Shown here in pieces: positions 52,964-64,000 of a DNA stretch of 64,000 nt. Within the stretch, counting starts at the first letter, position 1, and every line of letters begins with the position of its first letter. The notes under the pieces are model-generated. The model did not search any database, was not told where the DNA came from, and saw nothing but the letters and a program-made list of their open reading frames with translations. Origin of the DNA: Chara braunii (Eukaryota; Plantae; Charophyceae); assembly GCA_003427395.1 (NCBI GenBank), contig BFEA01000023.1, positions 1,505,801 to 1,569,800 of the forward strand. Reading direction: 5' to 3'. Both the position numbers and the translations under genes were made by a program.

Positions 52964-53408
52964 CTAGGCTGTTTTTCCAGGCGCCCGGGGACCCAACTTG
53001 TGCCCGAATACACGCCCGGGTGCTCGGCCGGGCATGACCCGTGGGTAGGGTTTCTGGCAGCCCCAGCGCAAAAAAAAAAAAAAAAAAAAAAAAGGAAAAA
53101 AACAACGAGAGTAAAAAAAATCCACAAATAAAATATGTTGTGTAGAATTGCAATACAATCAACTTTTGGCTAAGGGTCACATCAAAATTCCTCACCGAAT
53201 CAGAGATAGAAAAAAAAAAAAAAAAAAAAAAAACACCAAGGCAAAATATATTTATACCCCCCTTCCCCCCCATTGACAGCCAACTCTCAAAAAATGAAAA
53301 GAGCCCGGATTTGAGGTGCTCTAGGAGAGCGCAGAAAAGCAAAAAAAAAAAAAAACATGCTCTGGTGCCCGGGCGGGCAGGCCGTGTCGGGCATGAAAAT
53401 CTTCCTAG
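52964..53408 (-). mobile_element. CTAG-ended MITE with 8-bp TSD
   Basis: ctagg...cctag termini, perfect TSD gtttctaa. Shares the internal ggtcacatcaaaatt motif with 46624-47006 and 49721-50164. Confidence 0.87.
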
Positions 53409-55112
53409 GTTTCTAAGCCAAACACCCTATAAGCCTTAAGTCAGCCTTAAAACTTTGTCTGTCATGCCAATTTAAGATATACAGGGTGCATGGACACTAA
53501 CCAACATCTTTAAAAAAAAAAAAAAGTACCACATCGCCACCGTAAGAGTACGATACGAGTACAAATTCATACGGTCGTACATGTACGCAGTGTCATACGG
53601 ATCGCAACACAGCTTATTCGAATTAATCATATCATAGACATCAGAGAAGAAACGAGAAAATGAATCCACCACTTTTTTTTTTTGAACTACTACATCTGAC
53701 TTTGCGTCTAAAGTCCGAACTTACTCACTAAGGTTTCGTCGAAGAAAAAAAAACTAAGATAACCAGAGGGAGAACAAGTAGAGAATAAACGAAGAAGCAT
53801 TACTTCAAGCTCTCTAGCATCACGAACGGTGACCATAAACCCTATCACTCGATCGTTTTTAGCAAATTTAGCAAACTATCTCGCTTATTCAACTGAGAGC
53901 CAAATTATTTTTCGGTTACAGTTCTTTAACTACCATGCGATTGGTCAGACATCTCCACTTTGTAAAGTTAAACCAAGTCAACACCGACTTGCATTCCTAA
54001 AAACATGTCTTTCAATCTACAACTTGCAATGAGATTGTTAAAATTAAAAAAAAAAGTAACAATCCAAATCCAGGATGGATACCTAGTCTTGAGATTAAGA
54101 AAGACGAAAGATCAACACCCAGTTAATGCTATCTTCTCTCACATTTTTCACCCCCCTCCCACTCTTATCTCTGCTACCCCCTCTCAAACTTATTAAATCA
54201 CTATAAGGAATTCTAAGTATACGCCTTGTCGTTCAATAACTCAAGTGACCTGAAGTAAAGTAGGACTAGGAAAGAAAAAAAAGGTGTAAAAATTGAATTA
54301 GTCTTAAGTCTTCGCCTCCTTGGGGCTTTCCCCTTTATGTGATAAAGGACCAAATCATGGTCTTTCAATCCTAATTAATATGGGATGTCCTGTTACAGAT
54401 GGATCCATAATAGCAGTTGATGCCGGGGTCCTCACAAGTTACCTGATAACTACTGGGAGTATTACCATGCTCAACTTATGAGGAATACACCCTTCTAAGG
54501 CGAGCAACCCCCTTATCATGACAAAACAATTTAGAGGAACATAGAACAGAGTAAGCATTGAGTTACAAAACTGCCCTAAGCTAAACTCAACCACTATTGC
54601 CCCTAACTCGAGGGACCAGAACTAGTGATCCTTCCTGGAAACTGACACTCCTACCGAATCCCCCAATCCACTGTCCCTCCTTCAACGAAGATAGAACCGA
54701 ACACCCAGTTAAGGGAAAAATTGTTGACCATAGATAACCAAGATCAAAGGCCTGTATCCTTAGGGTCTCACTTGACATCACTATACTTCACTTTTTGCAC
54801 CGTTTCACAATGCACTACATTTTCCACGTTCCAGACATGATTAGGGTTCTCGCCCTTTCGAAAATGCGACAAAAAAACATAGATCAAGTAAAAAAAAAAA
54901 AAAAAAAAAAAAGGGTCCAAGCAAATGGTCCGATTTTTCAATTCACCTGTCCCAAGTCACTACACTTCGTCTAAAAAATGGCACGAGTGAGTTGTTGCAG
55001 GTTGGTTTCCTTTTTTTTTCTCAATTTCACCTTTCACTACCTACCTACCACTAGTCCTAAGCCTATACAGAGGACCACTGCAAGCATAGCTACCTCTCAT
55101 AATTAAGGGGAT

Positions 55113-55470
55113 GCATGTTGGCCCCCGCCCTAACAGGTGGTGGTCAGGGAGTACGGTTGGGCCGCCGGTGGAGGGGGCGGGCTAACTTAAAGACCGAGCA
55201 TTTTGCCAGTAGTTGCACCTCCCATCTACTTCCCCCGCCCCCGTCGAGTAACAACAGTGTCTATGGCCGACACTCTCCCACACACCACAAACAACCCACA
55301 CACACTCACACGCACACCCATGATGGCCAAAGACCCTACCATTACTGAATGGAGAGAGCAAACCAACTATCTCAATTGGTTGGCACCAAGACTGAGGCAA
55401 GTGGTCAGTGGGGATTGAACCAATGACCTCCTGAATGCCACTTACATGCCTAACCAACTGATCTAGGCCC
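55113..55470 (-). mobile_element. tRNA-derived SINE, uninterrupted copy
   Basis: Head gggcctagatcagttggttaggcatg...caggaggtcattggttcaatcccca, followed by the same body ending ggccaacatg. Confidence 0.82.
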
Positions 55471-55489
55471 CTTGCGTTAAGTTAGTTTA

Positions 55490-55598
55490 CCCAACTATCT
55501 CAGTTGCCTAGCACCAAGAGTGCCACGGTGGTCAATGGGGATTGAACCCATGACCTCCTGAATGCCACGTGCATGCCTGACCAACTGAGTTGGGCGGC
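55490..55598 (-). mobile_element. Second, tandem tRNA-derived SINE head
   Basis: caactcagttggtcaggcatgc...caggaggtcatgggttcaatcccca...tcttggtgc duplicates the adjacent head. Confidence 0.78.
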
Positions 55599-56051
55599 TT
55601 GCTCATTGCACGTTGGTTTCATGGCCCCTGCTCGGTTTCTCTCCCCCCCTGTTTTCACCTGCTTTGGTCCTGGCGCAAATTTCAAGTCCCATTTCCCTCT
55701 CGTTTTGTGTGGGGTGAAGTGTAGGGTTAGGTGGAAAGAGGACGGATTGTATAACTTTAGTGGGGGTGAAGTACTGCACTACAGTTTTGGGTGTAGTACC
55801 ATTGACTTACCGTGAGGGCACGGGTGCGCAGTCCGTAGTTCGTTTGTTTATGTGGTTTGGGAAGGGTAAGGTAGTGATTATGCTATATGTATGTTTTATC
55901 ATGTTCGCTATATATAACTCGAAGAGAGTGCGTGTGCGGTCCCGGTTGGTGCTTTATTGACGATGTTCATGGGACGCTGGACCTAGTTTCCAACAGGTGG
56001 CGCTCCCCATCAATAGACAGGAGAATGTATGTGCGTGTNATGTATGTGCGT

Positions 56052-56118
<67 letters not shown>

Positions 56119-57267
56119 GCATGTGTGTGCAACATGTGGTTCGCACGAGTACGACACGTCATACCCGCACTGCTCCGGCTTCATTCCGCCGGCACACTAG
56201 GCGCAGGGTAAATACTGCAAGGGCAAGATCTCACAGCGGCGGGGTAAAACCATTCATGCGTCCATTTGCGATGGGGAAACTAAGGCCAATATGGTCGAAG
56301 ACCGCAATTTTAAGGGAAAGTGGTGGAACACGGATATGGGTTCGGGGGAAGGTTGCCATGCGTCAGCCGATCCAAAACTTCCAGAAACGACATAAGAGCA
56401 AAATGCGACAAGAGCACAATGCGATAGCAGAAGTACAAGATCCAAAAGAAATGTTCATCCATCATCTAAGGTGTGCGAGCATGGATCGAATGACAGAAAA
56501 CACAATACGATTATAACAGAAAAACACGAATCCATTCGTCATCCATGGTGAGCGAGCATCGTACTAGTGACACAAACCATAATCAGAAATACAGGATCCG
56601 CTAAATAGATCCATTCAACCCCAATGGTGAGTGAGAGCATAGACCTAGTGACAATCATTGCATTAATACACGACTCTTCAATAAATAACCGAGCGTAGAG
56701 AACGAAGGGAAGGGGAAGAAGGAGAGACGGAGAGACAGAGAGGACGAGCGGAAGGGAAAAGGAGAAAGAGAAATAACACAGAAAAGAAGAAAAGAAGAGA
56801 AGAGGAAAGAAAAAAATAGAGAAGCCAGAAAAAATAGACAGTGAACTGTTGAGAAAGGGAAAGGAGAGAGAGACTAAAAAAGCGATCGGAAAAGGGGGAG
56901 GTAAGATAGACTGAAGGAAGGAGTGAAGAGGCGAGATAAGAGTGAAATGTTGACTATACATCATACGGGCAAAGGGCGCGAGTAGAACAACCACAGTATA
57001 CTGTGACCAAAAGATCGAGCAAACTCATTATGCGTAAAAAAACATAGTCTTCCGTGATAGTGTCGTCAATCCGAAACGAAGGATGGGGAGGAGGGAAAGG
57101 AGGAAAAGGACGAGGGCGGGAAGCGGTTGGTGGGGTATGTGTGCGGAGGGAGGGAAGGGGAAGGAGAAGGAAGGGATAATCCCGCCTCAGCTCTATCCTC
57201 CAGATCCGAGACGCTCCTGTATCCGCGCGGATCATCTCGCCGAGACTATGGGAATGGCGTGGCAAAG

Positions 57268-57315
57268 CCCTGAAGCGCTTTTCTGCCCCATGCCACGTGG
57301 GGCGTCATCAGAGGG
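57268..57315 (-). ncRNA. Minimal type I hammerhead ribozyme with palindromic stem III
   Basis: ccct-CTGATGA-c-gcccca(cgtggca)tggggc-a-GAA-Aagcgct-TC^-aggg. Stem III is the palindrome AAGCGCTT; there is a C.A mismatch at the base of stem II. Confidence 0.75.
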
Positions 57316-58578
57316 GGGGACATCTTCCATGGTCTTTGAAAGGCGATGGGGAGGAGGGGGAGCGAGGGGGGGTGCGATGGTTTAGGGATGAAGGTTGGTT
57401 TCGAGGACGAGGAGGGAGTTTTTTCGGGGGAAGGGGAGGCGGGAGGGGGGAGAAGGGTTCATGCGGCGAGGGATAGGGAAGGGAGTGGATGAAGTAGAGG
57501 AAGGAGAGGAAGGAGAGGAAGGAGAGAAATGCTAAAAAAGCACAAGACGAAGTCTCGGCTGCCGGCCTATGCTCCATTGCCTCGGCTCCGCGAAGCTATG
57601 CCCTGTCTAATTCGGACGCCTCCGTGTCGCGCCGAGCTCAAAGAAGAGGCAGCAGCAGCATGCAAGGAAGAGCGACAGGAAGCCGATAGTACTTCCGATC
57701 AGCAGCGCGAAGCGTTTGGCAGGAAGGCGCAGAAAAACCTGTTCGGAGAGGTAGGCGATGAGCAATGCGCTGGCTATGGCGAGATTCGGGAGCAACCCGA
57801 GGAGGAGAAAGAGCGAAAGGACAGTGCCGCTAGCGCAGTGGCACGGGTGATGCGCAGAAGGCGTGGCAGGGCACGTGGAGGCGGACTGCATGGTGTTTGG
57901 CCGAGCCTGCTTAGGTGCGGGGCTGCGAAGGTCCGATCGGAAGTCCGCCGTACGGTAGGGACGTTACCACTTCCTCGAGTTCCTGCTGCTCCTCCTCCAG
58001 GTCCCAGTCGGCGAAGAAGTCCATCCCGCCCGCCACAAGGCTCAGCCCGCACACCGCGCAAAACCGAAACAGGCCGCGCACAACCAGTGTGTAAGAAGTG
58101 ACTACCGCACGGTGCTACGATGAATAAAGCGTCTGCGTTCTATTCTAACATAGTCACGGTATCAAGCAAGGAACAACAAACTTGCATCCGAGGCTATCCT
58201 GCCCATCCATCCGTTAAGTGCCTCGATCCTATGGTTGCGCAGTACCTCTGAAAAAGCAAAGTAAAGAGTAAACAACAAAACAAGGAATGAAAACCAAACA
58301 ACGAAGAAGAAAAAAATGGGAAAAGGAAAGGAAGAGGGGGTTAGCAGAAGTAAGGGTAGAAAGCAAAGGAAGGGAAGGGGAAGGAAAGGAAAGGGGCAAG
58401 AGAAAGGCTAAGGACGGCCCTACATGCTACGCGTTCTTGTGTTCGTCATACCCCGAGAGTGAGTTGCTCCCTCCGTATGCTCTCAGTTGATCCTATCGTA
58501 GAGGGGGGTTGAATTGGCGGGGTAACGCCCTGGCCCGCTTATTCCACTTTTTAGTATCGAATCAAACAGAAATATAAA

Positions 58579-58631
<53 letters not shown>

Positions 58632-58852
58632 TAAAATCAATAAAAAAAAGCAGAAAATCAAAAATAAAAAAATTGAAAAACGACGAGCCGAGAACCTAGG
58701 GGGAAGGTAGGAAGGGTGGAAGGGCCGATCGCACTTCCATTGCTCGTGCCGATTCATCGGGGGCGCAGTGCGCGCCAGGTCCTGCAAACCCAGTGGTCCA
58801 TCCCGGATTCCTTCGATTGTCGCTCCTGTTACTTCCATGTAAACATGTGCGC

Positions 58853-58894
<42 letters not shown>

Positions 58895-59568
58895 NNNNNN
58901 NNNNNNNNNNNNNNNNNNNNNNNNNNNNNNNNNNNNNNNNNNNNNNNNNNNNNNNNNNNNNNNNNNNNNNNNNNNNNNNNNNNNNNNNNNNNNNNNNNNN
59001 NNNNNNNNNNNNNNNNNNNNNNNNNNNNNNNNNNNNNNNNNNNNNNNNNNNNNNNNNNNNNNNNNNNNNNNNNNNNNNNNNNNNNNNNNNNNNNNNNNNN
59101 NNNNNNNNNNNNNNNNNNNNNNNNNNNNNNNNNNNNNNNNNNNNNNNNNNNNNNNNNNNNNNNNNNNNNNNNNNNNNNNNNNNNNNNNNNNNNNNNNNNN
59201 NNNNNNNNNNNNNNNNNNNNNNNNNNNNNNNNNNNNNNNNNNNNNNNNNNNNNNNNNNNNNNNNNNNNNNNNNNNNNNNNNNNNNNNNNNNNNNNNNNNN
59301 NNNNNNNNNNNNNNNNNNNNNNNNNNNNNNNNNNNNNNNNNNNNNNNNNNNNNNNNNNNNNNNNNNNNNNNNNNNNNNNNNNNNNNNNNNNNNNNNNNNN
59401 NNNNNNNNNNNNNNNNNNNNNNNNNNNNNNNNNNNNNNNNNNNNNNNNNNNNNNNNNNNNNNNNNNNNNNNNNNNNNNNNNNNNNNNNNNNNNNNNNNNN
59501 NNNNNNNNNNNNNNNNNNNNNNNNNNNNNNNNNNNNNNNNNNNNNNNNNNNNNNNNNNNNNNNNNNNN

Positions 59569-59609
<41 letters not shown>

Positions 59610-60175
59610 GCAGCATGCAGCATGTCAGTGGCGGGGAGCACAAGGGCAGGCACTGACCTCCAAAAAAAAAAGAAGTAATTTTATTGGAATACACAAGGTT
59701 TCTCTTTTCAAAATCCGAATAGAAAGGGTACTTGTTATATTCAAATACAATGTGTACATTTTCTATTCGAGGAGCTTTGCTATTCGTGAAAAGTGCACCT
59801 GCACGGTTTCAATTTTGAAAATGGTCAAGGACCTCGGCCTCCTACGGGCAGCTACCGGTCCTACGCGGTCCTGGCCCTTGCAAGGCCCCAAAACCTCAAA
59901 TGCCCACCCTCCCGACGACCACCGACGTTGAAATTTGATTGACGTTGAAATGTCTCAGGGGGAGAAAACGCAACCCTGACGGGCTGCGAACACTACAGTT
60001 CCGAGTGTAGTGGTATGGAATGGGGCCCTTAGTCCATGCTAGTGGGACCTTGTCCTAGAGTTGGGACAAGGTCCCAGTTGGTCCCACTGACCGGAACTCC
60101 TCATCTCTGGACGTCAATGATGGACATCGACGGGAAAAAAATCAATTCAGGTGGCAGTCACAGAAACCGGCCGAG

Positions 60176-60400
60176 AACCTTTCTCGGTCCTTTTGGCTAA
60201 GATCAAATGTAGTATCTGTTCTGATCAGTGGTCCATCGGGCCACGTGATATTAAATTAAATTTTCAGGGCTACGGAGGGGTCACAGGGGTAGGCTTGCCT
60301 ACTCGACCCTTCCGGCGTCGCCTTCGTCTTGCACTGCAGCGAAGCGCGGCGCGGCCCACACACACACACACCAAAAAAAAAAAAAAAAAAAAAAAAAAAA
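60176..60400 (+). pseudogene. U2: U2 snRNA retro-pseudogene with poly(A) tail
   Basis: acctttctcggtccttttggctaagatcaaatGTAGTAtctgttct...gatattaa...gcttgc...ttgcact matches plant U2. Stem-loop IIa is largely deleted. Followed by (CA)n and an A-run at 60373-60400. Confidence 0.88.
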
Positions 60401-60598
60401 CTGACGGAGAGAAACACGCAACGAAGTGAGATGCCACGTGGCAGGACGGCAATTCCGTGGCACCACGAACCGTCGGTGGCGTCGGGCAAACGCTCGAGCT
60501 CCTTCATCACATGAAATGACCATGGTCCTCCTTCAAACTCAACACGGGAACATCATCATCTTTGTACGTGACGCAAAGATCGGTCTCGAACGGGCCTC

Positions 60599-60705
60599 CC
60601 TTCTTCCCCCGAATACAACGCACTGTCCTTATAGCGGTATGTAATGACTGAAAGATACCCCAAATACAGCTATAATGACCGTGCGTTGTATTCGGGGGAA
60701 GAAGG
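60599..60705. mobile_element. Hairpin MITE, same family
   Basis: ccttcttcccccgaatacaacgcac...gtgcgttgtattcgggggaagaagg. TA flanks have decayed. Confidence 0.75.
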
Positions 60706-61022
60706 CAGCTCAGTTGGTACACCCACGAACTGTTGACATCTAGGCCGAGTTGGAATCCAGATACAATCAGAGGAGCAGAATAAACGAAAAACGAGCGAAT
60801 GCATGTACCCACAGAGGAGGGCACGATGCATCCGTTACTACGAATAGCAAGGGATGCATCTTACCACTTCTCTGGGGCAGATGCATTCGTTCTCTTTTCG
60901 TCTCGACAGCCGTGTGGCGAGGCCCAATGACCCTGTGTTCCACTTGTGGGAAGACAGACAGATACAGATAGAAGACAACCAACTGGAACGAAGACACGTA
61001 CGTCCACAGCTGTCCAATCCTG

Positions 61023-61123
61023 GGGCAAGGTCCCACTTGCACGGATTACGAGATTCTGGCCATTGATCTTTGCTATCTACGGTCAAAAAATATATCTTAA
61101 TTCGTGTAAGTGGGACCTAGCCC
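61023..61123 (-). mobile_element. Second copy of the Harbinger-like MITE, opposite orientation
   Basis: Reverse-complement match to 37909-38005; flanks ctg/cag. Confidence 0.8.
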
Positions 61124-61644
61124 CAGGGCAGGAAAGCGAGTGCTCTCACTGGGGGCGGCCAAGAAAGAAGGGAGGACAAGTCGCAGTCGTAGTATACGGT
61201 GGGAGTGAAAGATGAATGTGGAGAGGCAACAAGCGCCCCTGGTTGAGGACGTGTTAAAGCTGGTTCGGGACAACTTCGTCTTATATGAGCACAAGGATCG
61301 GCGCGGGGTGATAGATGCCAGGTGAGCCTTTCTTTTGCCCCTCCCATTTTCATTTTCAAGTTTCAAGAGGGCCCGCCGCGGCTACACCTGGCGGTGCAGT
61401 GCGGACAGCCATAAATGGATGGTAGGAAGTTCTCACCACAAAAAAAAAACATATATCAGGGACAGTATGTGAGAATGACCTAAGTCCCCCCCTCCCCCCC
61501 CACCAAAAAAACAAAAAGAATGAACTAAGCACATGCCCGAGAGGAGCCAGCTTCATTCAGCACAAGTCGGCGTGTGCATAGCCACAAAGAGTTCGAATGC
61601 AGATACTTGGCGACAACATAGTCGACGCACCAGCCCGACATCCC

Positions 61645-61730
<86 letters not shown>

Positions 61731-61793
61731 GTGTGTAATGTGTCTGTTGTCATATTCGCTATACACTTAAAAAAAAGCATGACTGTGCCGAAG

Positions 61794-61852
61794 AGACTGT
61801 TTCGTCGTACTTTCACCGACTCATCAGGAGGTTGAACCTGGACAGACAGTCT
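61794..61852 (-). ncRNA. Degenerate type III hammerhead copy
   Basis: agactgtc-tgtc-cagg(ttcaa)cctc-CTGATGA-gtcggtgaaagtacgac-GAA-acagtct. Has a 4-nt duplication at the cleavage site and single mismatches in stems I and II. Confidence 0.78.
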
Positions 61853-61958
61853 TCCCAGGAAGCATTTGACTGATGGATAAGGACTCACCACATCGCCCAG
61901 AGTTAGCCATACCCATCCCTGACAGAGAAAAGTGATCGACTTTCACACCAACCTTGCA

Positions 61959-62003
<45 letters not shown>

Positions 62004-63809
62004 GTTTTCTAGGGAGATAGACGAGACAAACCTCCTCACCGTTGCGTACCCAAGCAAGGGGTCAACCTCAACACTGCCATGCTGGACTCTTCAGCAGCAG
62101 GTCGTTTTTTTCCTTCTTTGTTTCCTTTTTGTGAAAGGGGGTCATTAGCCCCCTCCCTAACCGTTATTGTATATCCATTCGAGTCTAAATCGAGTCTCTC
62201 TCTCTCTCCCTCACGCACACACACCCACACACACACACACAAAGAAAAAGGTAAAACACTCAATAACGCAAATCAATACCGGGATCGCGAGTGGACTCGT
62301 GAATCAAACCCTTCCACGTCGTCCGTGTCTTGCCCCTCTCCTGCGCCACCTCGTCCTTCTCCTCCCCCTCTCGCTCTGCCATCCATCACGTCCTCCACCA
62401 CCTCTTCTCGCTCCATCCCAACCCTCTCCCCCCGCTGTCCTCGTCCTCCCATCTTCTGCCACCGGCTGCTCTGTCATCACCTCCTCCTCGGCCACCTCGT
62501 CATCGTCCTCCCGTCATCCACCGCCACTTCTTCCTCCTGCTGCGCGACGTTCTCCACCTCCTCCTCTCCCCCTCCTGCGCCAATCCCTCGTTCTCCCCCC
62601 GCTTCCCCCGCCGTGCTATACACCCACGATCTTCCGAGAATCGAACCGTCGGAGTCATGACGCGGCGCCCTCTGGAAATGGAATAATATCGCGGAACACC
62701 CTAGAAAGATCCTTCCAGTATCGGCCTTCCGTATTGGACGATGGTGGAAAGATCGTTGCCAGTTCATCGAACGTGGTCCCCGTAACATCGGGGAACGATC
62801 ATGGGAATATCATTGCACCAACAAAATCTGTTGACGTAAGCTCACTCTACAGTGAGACTCTCTCTCTCCCCGCCACGTTCATGAAGTACGTGTTCCCTCT
62901 GCAGAACTTCACTCCTCGGAGGCCCGGAGTGAAACGGCCTAACGAAAATTCTGCCTCCGGTCAGACGAGTGGGCACGAGTACACCGAAAGTCCCAAGCGG
63001 CATCGTTCTCGAACTTGGAGCCTCAGATGGTGGCAACGCCAGAGACTCCGCCCCCGCCCCTCCTACTTTGCCCTCCGCCTGTTATCTACGAACGTGCATC
63101 CGCTGACGGTTGTGACGTTGTCACCGCAGATATCGACGGCCTCCCTCCCTCCTCCCTCCCTCCTCCCTCCTCCTTCGTCCCGCTCATCGATCCTCCCTCG
63201 TTTGTGGTTCATCCTTCGTGCGCGTGCGCGTGCGTGTGCGTGTTCGTGTGCGTGCGTATGTATGTGTGTGCAGGTGTGCGACAGACAAAATCAACCGCCA
63301 AACTGACTACGAAAATGACAGTTCGTTTTATCCCCCTGAGGCTTTCAACGTCATTGAAATTTCAACGTTCGGGAGTGTGGGCAATTTTGAGGCGAGGGCT
63401 TAGCAAGGGGCATGGCATCTGAAGGACGGGTAGCTGCCGTAGGAGGCCGCGTTCCTTGAGTTGGACATGTCGAAATGGCCTAGGAGGCTAAATGGCCTAG
63501 CAGGCCGCGTTCCTTGAGTTGGACATATCGAAATGGCCTAGGAGGCTAAATGGCCTAGTAGGCCGAGGAGGCCACGATCCTTGAGTTTTGAACATTTCGA
63601 AATCCAAATGGTGTGTGTCCACTTTTCTCGAATAGAAGAGCACTTCGACTAGAAAACCTATGCGTTGTATTCGAATACAAAATGTACCCTTTCTATTCAA
63701 ATGTCGAAAAGAAAAACTCTTGTATTCCAATAGAACATTACCTTTTCACTTGTTTTTTCGAGGTCAGCGCTTGCCCTTGTGCTCCCCGCCATTGACATGC
63801 TGCATGCTG

Positions 63810-63895
<86 letters not shown>

Positions 63896-64000
63896 NCTCT
63901 CCTCACCGTCGTTGTTTGTCTTATTGTTATCGTTGTCATCGATGGCCCAGATGCATATTTCACCTTCGTCGCCACGCTGATCACCATCCTCCATCCTCGC

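Noticed and set aside
49721-53408. Single composite transposon bounded by inverted MITE copies
   Set aside because: Each copy has its own distinct 8-bp TSD, so they are independent insertions.
57529-58101. 190-aa ORF
   Set aside because: GC/purine-rich with no domain motif or supported splice structure.
62079-63422. Long overlapping ORFs (193, 379 and 135 aa)
   Set aside because: Pyrimidine-rich low complexity, open in several frames, no recognisable domain.

Overview
Repeat-dense, gapped eukaryotic genomic DNA. A streptophyte alga or early-diverging plant such as Chara is my inference, from the expansin, plant-type U2/U6 and chromovirus content. The only host gene I can support is a two-exon expansin on the minus strand (33156-32767 + 12799-12404, 261 aa). 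Its ~20 kb intron holds a full-length but decayed Ty3/Gypsy chromovirus (21479-31029, both LTRs present, RT interrupted by a small TIR element). The most notable signal is two families of hammerhead ribozymes. One is a type III family with an apparently intact copy at 15030-15085 (+) and damaged copies at ~12991-13030 and ~61794-61852 (-). The other is a minimal type I family with a palindromic stem III and covarying stem II, at 57268-57315 and 20160-20208 (-). Both copies that are sense to the expansin intron look disabled, and the intact one is antisense. Also present: a tRNA-derived SINE family (one copy split by two nested MITEs), several MITE families with readable TIRs/TSDs, U6 and U2 pseudogenes, an orphan chromodomain-integrase fragment, minisatellites and microsatellites, and a ~16 kb AT-rich island of unknown origin.
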